This document shows positions 1 to 13,024 of a DNA stretch of 64,000 nt, in pieces. The notes beneath the pieces are model-generated. The model did no database searches and was not told the origin of the DNA. It worked only from the letters and a program-made list of their open reading frames with translations. The translations under genes and the position numbers were made by a program. Every line of letters starts with the position of its first letter. Within the stretch, counting starts at the first letter, position 1. Origin of the DNA: Chrysomallon squamiferum (lineage: Eukaryota; Animalia; Mollusca); the NCBI GenBank assembly GCA_012295275.1, contig CM022677.1, forward strand, positions 6,820,001 through 6,884,000. Reading direction: 5' to 3'.

Positions 1-660
1 CTTGAATATTTTTTTCCTTCTGTTCGGAACGTTCAAGTCCAGGATGAAAATTAACTGTTCATTTGTCAGATTTAAAATTTCTATCTGTAAACTGATGGGG
101 GGGGCTAATTTTCTACCGTTAATTTCATAGTCATGAAATACGCTCTGAATTTTTTCCGTTCTTTGTTTTCTAGATTTTATTCCATCCAAATATGTACATA
201 GTTGTATTTTTTCATTTTGTACATGTTTGTAATTGATAACAGTCTTCTGCTGATAATCTCTGTGTTTGAAACATCGTTATATATGTTAAGTTTGTCGCAT
301 TTAATTTGTTTGTTGATAATCTTGTCGAAACACCTATTTTTCTATTTGTCTTCTAAGTCTTTCTGTTTGGAAGATGTTCACGAATTTTTTGTAGTTCATG
401 TTATGTCTGGGAATAATATTTTCGTGAAGAATAGGCTGAAATCTTGTTCTCCAGTCCAAAGTGAAAAGAATATATAAAAATGCACCAATTGGATTGACTA
501 TTTAAGAATTTGGATCTTTTAGTTCTGTCGAACACTGATGTTCATTTTGATCTGAAATTGTTTTCAACTTTTTTCCAATTTAGTTCCTTGTTCATAAACA
601 TGACTGAAATTTCTTATTTCTGTTGCCAAGTCTCTTCCTGCTAGTACAGATCTGTAGAGA
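1..660 (-). other. Degenerate coding-like segment of unknown origin (possible TE/viral ORF remnant)
   Basis: Minus-strand translation gives protein-like runs broken by stops and frameshifts (TLDWRTRFQPILHENIIPRHNMNYKKFVNIFQTERLRRQIEK; QLCTYLDGIKSRKQRTEKIQSVFHDYEINGRKL). No family recognised. Confidence 0.2.
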
Positions 661-1353
661 TGTGAAACGGACGAAAACAGTTCTGAATTAGCAGATAAAA
701 AGCAAATTAAAATAATGTACTGCTGATACATACAAAATGAAAAAAATAAATTAAAATGGATGAATATTAAATATATAAAAAAAGGTTATTAAACTGAAAT
801 AAAATGCAAATTTTATCTTTCATTTTATTTCAATTCGTTTATTTTATTATTTTACTGTTTCTATTTAGATGTCGTGTGTGTATGTTGTAAGTGAAACACT
901 TTAGTTGTTATGTTTCTGTTATCCTTTGATTTATGTAAACCTATTTTTTTATTTTCTGTCAGTCTTTCTGTTTAAATAATTAGTGTAATTTGATTATGTC
1001 AGAATAAAGTAAGATACAGAAGAAAAACACCTCAAAAGAAAAATTAAAATGTGCATTACAGCTGTCATTTAGAAATGGCGCACTTCTCAAGTGATAAAGA
1101 ACAGGGTTGTCTGCAGCTCTGGGTTTTAAAAAATAAAGATTAGCAAACGGGTTTTATAAATGAATAATGTATATACAGATCACTGCTATCAATTAGGTCG
1201 CCTTGCATACATAATGAAAAATATACAGATTTTGGATGTGGATGAGTCTTCAGAAAGAAAGAACTGAAAAGAATTGAGGAAGAATCTCGATATGGAGTCT
1301 AATTAGATGTCAGTTTTAAGTGACACTAGTTGTTAATCTTGTATGCAACCTCT

Positions 1354-1795
1354 GATATTAGCAGCATTAAGTAAATAAATAGTGTACAATAACGTAATAT
1401 TAGCACCATTAAGTAAAATTAATACTGTACTGTAACATGATATTAGCATCATTAAGTAAAATTAATACTGTACTGTAACATGATATTAGCATCATTAAGT
1501 AAAATTAATACTGTACTGTAACATGATATTAGCATCATTAAGTAAATAAATACTGTACTGTAACATGATATTAGCATCATTAAGTAAATAAATACTGTAC
1601 TGTAACATGATATTAGCATCATTAAGTAAAATTAATACTGTACTGTAACATGATATTAGCATCATTAAGTAAAATTAATACTGTACTGTAACATGATATT
1701 AGCATCATTAAGTAAAATTAATACTGTTCAGCAACGTGATATTAGCAGACATTAAGTAAATAAATACTGTACAGAAATGTGATATTAGCTGTATT
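1354..1795. repeat. Tandem minisatellite, ~42-43 bp unit, ~10 copies
   Basis: Unit gatattagcatcattaagtaaaattaatactgtactgtaacat repeated head-to-tail with degenerate flanking copies. Confidence 0.95.
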
Positions 1796-2159
1796 AACAA
1801 AAAGATTTGTCTCATTTTTTTTATTATTATTGTTGTTTTGTTGTTGTTGTTGTTGTTATAGCTAAAACAAATTAGTATAAACAATAAACATAATAAAATA
1901 CTCATAAAACTATGAAACAACAACACCAAAAAAAACACACAAAAAACCACAACAACTTGGGTAAGTAAACATTGACTGAAATAAACAATTTATACTACCA
2001 ACACAGTAAACAGTTTAATAAACAAGACAGAAACTTTACAAACTATTACAAATAAACAGTGGCAATCAAACGTAAATAAAGAGAAAAGTCCACTGAGGTG
2101 TTTACGTAACTGATTTAGAAGAGTTTTAATAAAAAGCTCAGTAAAAGAGACGTTCCACT

Positions 2160-2887
2160 CTCAACAGAGAGTATACAGTACACACACCATACACCCTACA
2201 CACCATACACTCCAAGTACACCATACCCTCAACATAGAGGATACAGTCCACACACTCCATCCACTCAATACACACTATCCACTCTACACACAGGATAAAC
2301 TCCACAGACGGCACACATTCAACACACACCATACACTCAACAGAGAGCATACACTCTTCACATCATACACTCAACACAGAGGATACACTCCACACACACA
2401 AAACACTCTACACACCATACAGTCCACACATTCCAGACACTAAACAAAGAGCTTACACTCCACAAACACCATCCTATCAACACAGAGTATTAACTCTACA
2501 AACAGCAGACACTCAACATAGACGATACACTACACACACACCATACAGTCTACACACCATACAGTCCACACATTCCATACACTCAACACAGAGCATACAC
2601 GCCACACAATCCATAATCTCAACAGAGAGTATACACTACACACACACCATACACTCTACACACCATACATTCCACACATTCCATACACTCAACATAGAGC
2701 ATACACTCCACACACACCATACACTCTACACACCATACATTCCACACATTCCATACACTCGACAGAGAGCATACACTCCACACACACCATACACTCTACA
2801 CACCATACATTCCACACATTCCATACACTCGACAGAGAGCATACACTCCACACACACCATACAGTCTATACACCATACATTCCACAT
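2160..2887. repeat. CA-rich composite tandem repeat (~70 bp higher-order unit)
   Basis: Recurring cacaccatacactc / acagagagcatacactc / cacacattccatac modules; near-identical units at 2640-2885. Confidence 0.9.
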
Positions 2888-3118
2888 TGAAAAAATAAAT
2901 TTAGTCTGAGGTTGTTAGTCTGTAGGTCAACCAGTCCCTGGCTACCTAGATACATTCCACAGACTTAGCTCAAAAACAAAATTATAAAACAAATAACAAA
3001 AATATACAAAGCTTTTATAATATTTAAAAGTTTCCAGTAAAGCATCTGTTAGCAAGATAGACCTTAAGTGAAAACATTTATTTTAGAAGTAAGAAAAAAT
3101 GTTGTAGCAACTACTCAC

Positions 3119-3392
3119 TGGGTGCATTCATTAATGATTCACAGGAAACTTTTCCATCAACAGCTGAGCAGTATAGACGTATTTTTAAATGTCAGAATAT
3201 TATGAAATGTTTTGTTGTAAAGCGCTGTGGTGATTTCAGTTTGTCAGTATTATTACTATTACTTTATTTGCGATGGCCTAATACTTAAACAAGAGAACGT
3301 GATAACTTTTTTAGAACCACAGTAAAATCGAACGTTTACAGAACTATCTTCTTAAAAATGAGTCAGTTCGGGCGAAAAATATCGCGAATTCT
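3119..3392 (-). promoter_or_regulatory. CpG-retaining promoter-like patch and possible first exon (leftward)
   Basis: Local CpG cluster (ttcgggcgaaaaatatcgcgaatt at ~3368-3392) and a strong minus-strand donor cca|GTGAGT at ~3119. Confidence 0.25.
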
Positions 3393-3397
3393 TCTTC

Positions 3398-3459
<62 letters not shown>

Positions 3460-3999
3460 TGTTGTTGTTGTATCTTTTCCTTGCTTGATAAATAAATAAA
3501 TAAATAAATAAAAAGAAATTATTAATACATTATATTATTTGCTTTCTAAGAGAGACAGACAGAGACAGAGCCAGAGTATGGGCTGATATAAATCTATAGA
3601 AACAAGTCAGTATTCCTGTCTCCCTCTCACTATTTAAATTTTTGCTCTTTAATATCAGTAATTACTCTTTAAAACAAAATAACAAATATTTACCTTTTGT
3701 AAAGTGTATATAGTCAATAGAAAATAATAAGAAAAAAATAGAAGAAAAAAGTAAGAAAAGGAAAATAATAACAAGGTAAAAATAAATATAAGAATTTAGG
3801 TATGATTACGGTGTCTTACAACAATTTCATTTTGCTTTTATTCAGCATTTTTTGCATTTTAAATGTCTGTATGATAATTTTTGTTTCATTATCGCAACAT
3901 TAAATCAGTTTGAACACATCTGGTTGATAATTTGATGCAGCAGCATATCATTTCCTTGCCATACCGGTTTCTATAAATTTCCATATCTATTTTTCTATT

Positions 4000-5600
4000 T
4001 TTCTGTCTTTCAATCTCTGTATTCATCCATCATTCTAATTGTCTTTCTGACTCTCTGTCTGTCTGTTCATCTATTCATCTATTCTTCTCTTTCTGTAAAT
4101 TTGTAAATTTGTCAACACTGTGGGTCTGTTCATCAGTCTCACTGTTAAACTTACAGATATTAAAACCTTCTGTCTGTTTGTCCAGCTATCTGTCCATATA
4201 ATCAATCAATCTAGCTATCTACGTGTTTGTTTCTATCTATCTCTCTTTCTCTCTCTCAATCTCTCTTTAGACTGTTCAGTATTTGAACATATTTGTCACT
4301 CTAATCTGTGTCTCTAACTGTCCGAATCAGTTATTCTGTCCATTAATCTTTCTCTCGCTGTCTGCATGTTTGTCTGCCTGTTCACTCTGTCTCTCTGTAT
4401 GTTAGTCTAACCAGTCAGCCTTATTTTAACATCTACAATCCATGTAACCGTGCTTTTCACTATCTATCTGTCCACCTGTCTGTCTATCAACCTGTCTCTT
4501 TATCATTCATCATCAATTCATCTATATAGTGAATATCTCTCTATCACTTGTTTCTCTCTCTGCCTTTATCATTTCTATGTCTCTCGTCTGATAAATGTGT
4601 CATTTCTATGTCTCTCTACACATACCTGTATCCCAAATCACTCTCTGCCTAAATGTCAATTACCTGTCTGTGTGTCTCTCCACCTATCTCTGTCACTTGT
4701 ACCTTTCGCTATATCTCTAATACTTGTCTACATCACTCTCTCTATTTTTTCTGTCTCTCCACCTATATCTCTATCACTTGTCTCTGTCACTATCTACACC
4801 TATATCTCTATCCCATGACTTTCTCTATCTATATATCTTTATTTATATCTTGATTATTTCTCTCTGTCTCTCTAACTATGTCTGTCCCATGACTCAGCCT
4901 TCCTACCTATTATCTTCTCTATCATTTGGCTCTGCTTCTCTCTATCTTTACCTCTATCACATCTGTCTCTCAACGTTTCTATCTATCTCTCTATCTGTAC
5001 CTTTATCTCGTTCTGTACCTTGATAACTTCTGTCTCTGAACCATATCTCTATCACTTCTCTCTGTCTACAAATATTGCTATTGCTTGTTTCCGATTCTCA
5101 ACCAGCATGTCTAGTACTTGTACATCTCTCTACCATTATCTCTATCACTTGCCTTTCTCTCTATATTTATCATTATCATTTGTCTCCATGTCTCAACTTA
5201 TATCTCTATCAAAATCTGCCTAACCCTTATCTCTATCATCAGTCTTTCTACCTATATATCTTTGACTTGTCTCCTTCTCTTTACCTACATCACTAATACT
5301 TGTCTCTGTCTCTCTATCTATATCTCTATCGCATGCCTCGCTGTACCCGTATCCCTCTCTGCTTATACGTGTCTCTTGTCTAACTACATCTGTCTATCCC
5401 ATGAATCAGACTATCAATAATTTGTTTGTCTCTACTTATATCTCTATCACTTGTCTCTGTCTCTCTACCTTTATTTCTATCATCTTTTTCTCTCTACCTT
5501 TATCTATATCCGTGACTCTTTATCTATATCTCTATCGTTTGTCTCCTTCTCTCTACCAATAACGTATCTGTCTGTATACCTGTATCACTATCAATTCTCT
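4000..5600. repeat. Degenerate pyrimidine-rich (TCTA/TCTC) low-complexity repeat tract
   Basis: Recurrent tatctctatcacttgtctctgtc-like modules; source of the spurious S/L/Y/I-rich ORFs. Confidence 0.85.
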
Positions 5601-5603
5601 TTT

Positions 5604-6020
5604 GATATGTGTTCACAAACATAGATTAAGTTATGTCCCTTACGTGAGATGTACTCACAGAGCAAAGTAAAAATTACATCGATTAGAGTTATCTCCCTTT
5701 AGTGATATGTGTTCACAAACATAGGTTAGAGTTATGTCCCTTACATGAGATGTACTCACTAAGCTTACGCACGCTAATTATCCGTACGGGATAAATGTAA
5801 CCTCCAGAAACGCCGAGATTCGATCCACGATTGTGGAAAAATCACTTTTGTCTATATAAAAAGATCATAAGCCGTGACGTATCACCCGGATGTGGGAGAA
5901 GTTTACGCCGCGAACAAAAAAATATATCGATTAGAGTTATTTCCCTTACGTGAGATGTACTCACTAAGCTTTCGTACGCTAATTATCCGTACTGGATTAA
6001 TGGAACCTCCAAAAACGCCA
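5604..6020 (+). promoter_or_regulatory. CpG-retaining promoter-like region built from duplicated modules
   Basis: Three to four copies of (g/a)agttat(c/g/t)tccctt(acgtgagatgtactcac); CRE-like TGACGTA at ~5875; ETS-like CCGGATGT at ~5886; near-palindrome TTATCCGTACGGGATAA at ~5778. Confidence 0.4.
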
Positions 6021-6669
6021 GTCAGCAGTTACCATATATGGTTATATCACATGACCGTACACTTCCCAGTGCTAATGAAATCTCCCAATAAGAAGCAGTC
6101 ATGTTAATATATCTTGCTAGCTTTTACTCCACTCTAAATACTTTAAAACATTACATAATCTAAGCATTATAGAATAGGAACCAATGGCTATTATTTCTCT
6201 ATTCTAAACATTTCTCAACTTAAAATGTTGCCATACTTTCCAGAAGAACTGCAGAGAGGGGTAGATTATGAGGATTACTATGCTGACCAGCACGTGACCT
6301 AGATGAGCGTCTTACAGGAGCAGCATTTACATCTTGTGATGATGTCTCTCATTCTGCATCAGCTGTCATATTCACATCCCGCTCTGTCTCACTACAAGGG
6401 CAACAAGTAAATGATTCTGATTATCGGGGAGAGGTTTACGAGGATTTAATGCTGGGTTACGGCCATTACGGTGGGATCTATTATCTGTGTCGTCTGTTAC
6501 CGTAGATGTTACATGTGGTGGCTCAGTAGTGACTATAGCTTTTGAATCCAAGATCTGTGGACATTTTTCTGAGATGCAATAAGTTACATCTTCTGACTGA
6601 AATATTTAATCAGTATTAAAAAAAAAGTTTATGTTACAAACAGATTTCTTAACATGAGACATAATTATG

Positions 6670-6900
6670 CAGGACTCAAAATGGCCAGTCGCCAGGTCAT
6701 CAAATGTGACCAAAGTTCCGTTTAGGCGACTGGGAGGTAAAAATCATTATGGTTGGTCTCCCAAAAATATTATTTGGATGACCTGTTTTTTCTATAAGTT
6801 ATGACACAAGAGCCACTATTAATATTTTTTATCGAAAATATTTATTTCACATAAAATATCTATTTATAAAGACTAATGTTATGTGAATATTTCCAACCCG
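6670..6900 (+). mobile_element. Non-autonomous DNA-transposon end (CAGGG-type terminus, hAT-like), copy 1
   Basis: CAGGACTCAAAATGGCCAGTCGCC...CCAAAGTTCC...CAAGAGCCACTATTAAT...TTTCACATAAAA is the reverse-complement homologue of the segments ending at 15218 and 43260. Confidence 0.6.
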
Positions 6901-6902
6901 TA

Positions 6903-7146
6903 TGTTAAAGGATTATCGGTTGGTTAACGGAACAAGTTATCATAGGAGATAACACTGTAACAAAGTGTTTGCTATTGCTTTTCCTTTTCAATTGCACCTT
7001 TAATTGGCTAAATCTGAAGCCAATCAACAAATCTAGCGAACTTTTAGAGCTTTACGTTAACGAATTATCGGTTGGTTAACGGAACAAGTTATCATGGAAG
7101 ATAACTCTATAACCTTGTATTAGCTATTGTTTTTCCTTTTCAATTT
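6903..7146. repeat. Local direct duplication (~90 bp, 2 copies)
   Basis: attatcggttggttaacggaacaagttatcat...gctattg(c/t)ttttccttttcaatt at ~6912 and ~7063. Confidence 0.85.
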
Positions 7147-7191
7147 CGGTAGGGTTACTTACACGGAATAAAAAAATGAATAAATAAAAAT

Positions 7192-7223
<32 letters not shown>

Positions 7224-7506
7224 TGAAAAATACTAAAAAGAAAGACTGAACGCCTTCCTTGTACTTACTGACATAACGTGTATAATCATCAGCTTGAAAG
7301 ACATTTGTCTCACGTTGAAAATGTCAGTAATAGATATTCTTAAGAAGAAGAAAAAAGTAAGTTCTTCTGAAGTAATATTATTTATTCATGTTAGAGAATT
7401 ACATTTGGTATACAGACAGATAAATTAAATTAGGAAATCAAAATTTTTTAAATGTTAAATGAAAAGGTAATATATTTTATCTGGATAAACAACACTCATT
7501 AAAATG

Positions 7507-7550
<44 letters not shown>

Positions 7551-9550
7551 CTTCTAGATTAGGACAGTTGTTGCAAATAATTTACCACTGTATCAGTATT
7601 ATAAGAATTTAGTTTTTTTTTTTTTTCATCTGAAAAGGATATGGCAGGTCTACAAAGCACTCCAATGAACAAAGCAGAGACAACTTGTGTGGGTTTTTCA
7701 TTAGATTTTTCCTATTTAAGCAGCTGTTAATTTGTAATTTTTCCTTCATTTTTATAGAGTACATTTGAATGTGTGTGTGTGTGTGTGGGGGGGTGTCTGC
7801 TTATATCTTTTATTGTTTGTTTACAGCATTAATCAGCACAAACTCACAGCTTTATTGAAGCATTGCAGACTGAATGGTAACTCCAAGAGAGTAAAGAAAT
7901 CTGGCAGAAGAAAATTAATTCACACTTTTACATGTGAAGACAGAGAAAGAACAGTTCAAGTTCTGCAGCCTTTTCGTCAAGATTATGACTAATTTTGTCT
8001 GAGTCATTTGCAGGATTCAAAGGCAGTGATTTGAAAATACTGTCTGCATGTGAGACTAAATCTTCACTTTGGAGGAGTATCAACAGACTGCTACTGCACA
8101 GGGTAAGAATTCATTTGAATAATGAGTAATTTTTCTAAGTGATATTTACTGGAATCTGGTCTGAAACATATTTAATTATAAGTATATTGTATTAATTCTT
8201 AGATTAATTTATTTTATATTGCACATGCTTTTCTTTGTTATTTTAAATTTTGTTTTGTTTTCCATTTTTAAGAAAAAGCTGTCTTCTTCAGTTTGACGTC
8301 ATTCACACTGATTCACACTGATTTTCCAAAACAGATCTCTGCTGGCAATGCAAACAGTGAGAAGATAGAGAAAACTGCAGTTTTCCAGCAGAAGAGAAAA
8401 TGAGAGTGTTTGCAGAAGAATTTGAGCACCTACACATTGTGGAAGCAGAAGGAAAAGTTATAACACATTGGTAGACAAGTGTAAAATTGTAATTTCTGAA
8501 GCTGGTATAACCTGTCTCGGTCAACATCTTCCGAGTTCATTTCCTGCAACAGACTTTCATTTACTGTTTTAAGTTTGAACAGAAATTTCACATTCCAAAC
8601 AGCCCACTCCAGCCAGAACCAGTTTAATTCCAAGAAAATATGGAATTTTTAAAATATGTTCTGAAGTTCAGCCAGTCTATCAGCTGCTGAGTCATTTAAT
8701 CTCTTAATTAATTAATTTATATAATTGTTTTGTACTGCTGTATTGCTTTTTGTTTTGTTTGTTCCTGTGTGTGCTATTTATTTATTCTTATAACCTGTGT
8801 GATTGTGTTATTTTAAGTTATGTTTTTAGAAATTATTTAATCAAACTTTTGTTTTTATTAAATTTGACAAACAAGAATGGAAAGGCCTGTGTTAGGTGTT
8901 TATCATGTGAGAGATATGTTTTCTGTTAATGGAGGTTCTTTTGTTGAAACTATTTATTTTTGTTGGGCTGTGTTTACAATTTTCTTCAAGTAGTTGCTGA
9001 AAGTTTGCACATTTTACAAGGTATCAGAACTGGCTGGAGTTTCTATGGTGATGAACACTGCAGTAGCTACATGCTAATGACTTGAGTTATATCACTTTTG
9101 TACATTTTGTTGGTAATTGTTGTCATGGCAGATGTGATCCAGTAGGTTGCTTTACTCTCCATAAACTGACATCAACAGCTTGCCTTTGTTTGTGAATGCA
9201 TCTTATTGTAAACATTTTTTTTTTAATTTTGTATTTGTATTCTGGTAATATATTTTGTGATATATTTAAAAAGAGAGTAGGTTTTTTTTTGTGTTTTTTT
9301 TTGTTTTGTTTTTTCCACTCATTTGGTTTTAAGTTGTTGTTGTTACAGAGACTATTTTACTGTTTGCTGAGTCAGAGTTTCAGGATTAGTGTAATTCCCA
9401 GTAAGAACATGTTGATCCCAGTTAAATAAGTCTTTAAGAGTTTTGTGTTGATCCCAAAATAAAATTTCCTTGGGTTGTTATTTTCTGTTATGATCTCTGA
9501 TGTTTTGTTATGGAGATTGTTTTTTTTTCTTCTGTATTTGCATGCTGTGG

Positions 9551-9582
<32 letters not shown>

Positions 9583-9991
9583 TACATTTCCCACATGTTA
9601 GGTTCACTCCCTTCATCCTCCATATCCGTACTGTTTTTATTTGTTTGTAAGGATACCAAAATGTCCAAATTTTCATTAATTTTCTGTTCAGGGTTTTGTC
9701 TGTGTTAGTGTTTGTTGGTGATTTATACTGTTTTTTTATTGATCGCCTTTTGCTTCTGGTCAACTTTATTTGTTTTCAAATCAAATTTTGCCTTTTTAAC
9801 CTGCTGTCTTTTGGAAATCCTAATTTTCATTGCTGAATCATCTGAATTAGTGATTTTTATGTTTTCCATGTTGTTGCATTTTTAGAGGTGGGTTTGGCGT
9901 TATTTTTCCTGGTTCTGAATGTCTAACGTATATAGTTGTGTATATAACTGGATGTTAAATATTTATTCTTCTAATGTTTCTCCATTTACTT

Positions 9992-10028
<37 letters not shown>

Positions 10029-10263
10029 AACGATAAAATAATTTATAATAAAATAATTGCCTTTTTCTTTTCTTTTGTTTTAAGAGAAAAATAAAGTAAA
10101 CAAAATAATTATCTTACAATAAACAAATATTTAAAAACAAAAAAGGAAGGAAACAAATTAACTTGATTTTATGTTTATTTATCAAAAGAAAAGAAAGAAA
10201 TGTCTGTCGACTTTCAACTTCAAAAGCATTAATGTGAAACTAACTTACCAGACAGTTTGAAGT

Positions 10264-10904
10264 TTACTTTTTACAACAAGTAAATATTTGTATTTTTCCG
10301 GTGCAGAACTCACCCACGAAGAATTTGTTGTCCTCACATCAGACATACAAAGGACTGGACAGAAGTCATCCTGGTCAGTGAGGATGTCACGTGTAATGTT
10401 ACCATCTCATGACAACTGAACAATACAATTTCTATCATAATCACAAACAAAAATATTTCCCTCCCTGTCACATGTAACATCTCTCAATCCTCTCAGTATG
10501 AATCACATGACTCCCATTTGACGTCACCTGATGATGTCGCACAAAACACTTTGTTTACATTTTCTCTCTGACAAACAACAACAACAACATGATTCAGCGA
10601 GACTGTTTGGTTCAGAGGAAGTTTTGTATCTTTTTTTCAGTGATTTTCTTTCTAAACAAAAACATTTACACATTCATTGCTATAATCACTAACAACAATT
10701 TTACTTTTGTCTGCACCCGACACCAGCATGGAAACAAAATAAGAATGATTTTTATCTCAATGTTATTGTAAGTGTGGTTTATGTAGTCCTGCAGACATTT
10801 GATACAGAAAACGTGTCCTCAATACAGAACTCCCAGCTTGTCAAAAATTTCCATACAAAGACAACACAAAAGAATATCATCAGAATCTGAAGCTGTGGCC
10901 ATAT
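10264..10904 (-). pseudogene. TRIM-NHL-type E3 ligase pseudogene (RING joined to last NHL repeats)
   Basis: MATASDSDDILLCCLCMEIFDKLGVLY*GHVFCIKCLQDY...FPCWCR is a degenerate C3HC4 RING (ATG at 10902, acceptor ttaacag|10904). About 130 bp later come NHL-like KVFCATSSGDVKWE / LRDVTCDREGNIFVCDYDRNCIVQLS*DGNITRDILT / NKFFVGEFCTGKIQIF-stop. Minus-strand AATAAA at ~10175. Confidence 0.8.
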
Positions 10905-11042
10905 CTGTTAATAATAAAAATAAAAACAATAACAACAACAACAACAGCAACAACAGCAAGGACATGGAAGAATCAGAGAAGATAAAAAAGATAAAAAAGA
11001 AAATACAGAGAAAGGAAGATGTAAGATAGTAAAAAAAAAAGA

Positions 11043-11043
<1 letters not shown>

Positions 11044-11112
<69 letters not shown>
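11044..11112. repeat. (AAT)n microsatellite
   Basis: Perfect trinucleotide run. Similar AAT/ATT runs at ~3400, 18866, 23812, 25355 and 57640. Confidence 0.95.
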
Positions 11113-11116
<4 letters not shown>

Positions 11117-11459
11117 CAACGACCAAAAAAAAGCCAACACAATGCCATCCTTAATTAAGTACATCAGTGACAACAAAGATATGAATACATTCTTAAGAGC
11201 TCTTAATTCAGCAACAAATAATTTACATTATTTTTTCTTACAAAATATCTGAATTAACTGTCTTTTTCATCAGTGAATATCTGACTAGGGCTAATAAAAA
11301 AAAAAATAAAAATGCAAGTAATGAGATAGCAGTTAACATTAGCTTCTGACAAAAATATTACATTCTGATTATTTTTTCCCTTAATTTTTATACAAATATC
11401 ATTATTATCTTTAAAGAGGTGACACATGTGAATGGAAAAAGAAAAGAGTGTTAACTTAC

Positions 11460-13024
11460 TTGGTCTCTTCAAGTTCTGTTTGATATTTTCTGTGTGATTG
11501 TTTAATGTTCCCAACATGAGCAACCATTACCTCCATTGTACAACTGAGTCTCATCTCCTACAAAAACACAAAAAATTATATTTGAACTGACTTTTACTTG
11601 TAGAATTCTCTGGTTATTAATTATTGCTCCTTTTATAAATAAATAAATAAAATAAATAAAAAATAAAAAAATAAATAAATAAACTAAAGTAAAAAGAATC
11701 TTAAAATCAGAGTGTGATCTGATATTATTTTTATAATTGCTGTGTCATTTCATGACAGGTGTCTTTATAACTGAATAAATAATTATTCCTTGATCATTCT
11801 TTCAATAAATGATTTGTAGACAAAGCATCATTGTACAATAATTGCTATTCATTTTCAGTGGGTGATTTTACAAAAACAAATATATTATATTTTTCTATAA
11901 TGTTGCTTAATTCAGTAAAAGAAAAACTATTTTGCATAGAATTTTGTGAAAGACTGAAGAAATATTAAAATTTGAAATAAAATGAATATTGTATTTAAAT
12001 ACCTGCTGTACAGCACCAAATACATCAACTCTCCTGGAGACTTGGCTGCTGTTTGTTCCAAAATGTCAATCCCAGTTTGTATTTATCAACAATTTCTTGA
12101 CTATTTTTATCCTTAACAAACTGATTTAATTTCTGAAAATAAACAGTTTAAAGCCACAGTTTAGTACATTGGTTTCTTCAATTCCTATAAATACATGATG
12201 AAAGATCTGAATGTCATTCAGTAAATAATGACATTTCCTTGTTATAAAACAATTCAATAAATTAAGTGCATTAAATGAATCAATATAATTATAGTAATCT
12301 AAAAATTGAAACATAATCTTTTTTAAATCTTTTGTTTTGTATTCTAATGAGATCTAATGATGCAGTTATCAATTCAAATTATTTACTGAAAGATACTCTA
12401 AAGAGATAACAAACATGTCTAAAATAAAGATGAATTTGATTCACAAAATTAAAGGTAAAGTAGAATTTTTCATTCAGAAACACATTCAACAAAATTAATC
12501 TAGATCTGTTTTTCTTTATGAACTGATTTCACACATACCTCAACATCATTCCTTAAAACATGTAGTTCTTGGTCCATGTTCTTTTCAGCAATGTCCCACG
12601 ACCTTTCTTGACTCTCTTTTCTCTGCTCTTGAGTTAATTTGTCCATCTTGAAGGTCAGGAACTTAGTCTAGTTAAAATACCAAAAATAAACTGTAATATA
12701 TAAATACATTTTTCATATATGTATGTAAAATAACAAGAAGACATTTTATTAGTTTTGACATCATTTTGTAAACAGGAAAGATAAAATCCCTGATAGACTA
12801 ACCATATGCCATGATATATATAAATGACTTTTTAAACAGGAAAATATCAGGAAACTATGCTAAGTGAATAAATAACCTTTTTTCACACTGAAAGATCTCA
12901 AAGACATAAACTGTTATATCATTAATCTAAAATCACAAATGAATCACATCTTTAAGTAAAATTCTCAATATATGCAGAATAGAAATTTACTTGACTTTGA
13001 TTTCTTCATCTGAAGTTGGTGCAA
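11460..13024 (-). pseudogene. IRAG: IRAG/LRMP (MRVI1-family) coiled-coil fragment, 4 exons with introns, copy A
   Basis: Exons 13024-12991 (APTSDEEIKVK), 12667-12539 (TFKMDKLTQEQRKESQERSWDIAEKNMDQELHVLRNDVE), 12132-12003 (KLNQFVKDKNSQEIVDK/IQTGIDILEQTAA/VSRRVDVFGAVQQ) and 11557-11460 (EMRLSCTMEVMVAHVGNIKQSHRKYQTELEETK). They parallel LRMP FKCDWFTLEKRVKLEERSRDLAEENLKKE...[49 protein letters not shown]. All GT-AG; frameshifted. Confidence 0.85.

Larger units (their letters stand above)
6244..8690 (+). pseudogene. Decayed spliced exon chain of unknown product (unit TU1)
   Basis: Higher-complexity blocks with canonical sites: ttccag|6244; ttacag|7827-8102|gtaaga; tttaag|8273-~8690. All frames are interrupted by stops. 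Confidence 0.35.

Noticed and set aside
4120-5420. Overlapping ORFs as genes (also 27386, 39602-40348, 57931, 63436)
   Set aside because: Translations of low-complexity or tandem repeats that lack stops by composition.
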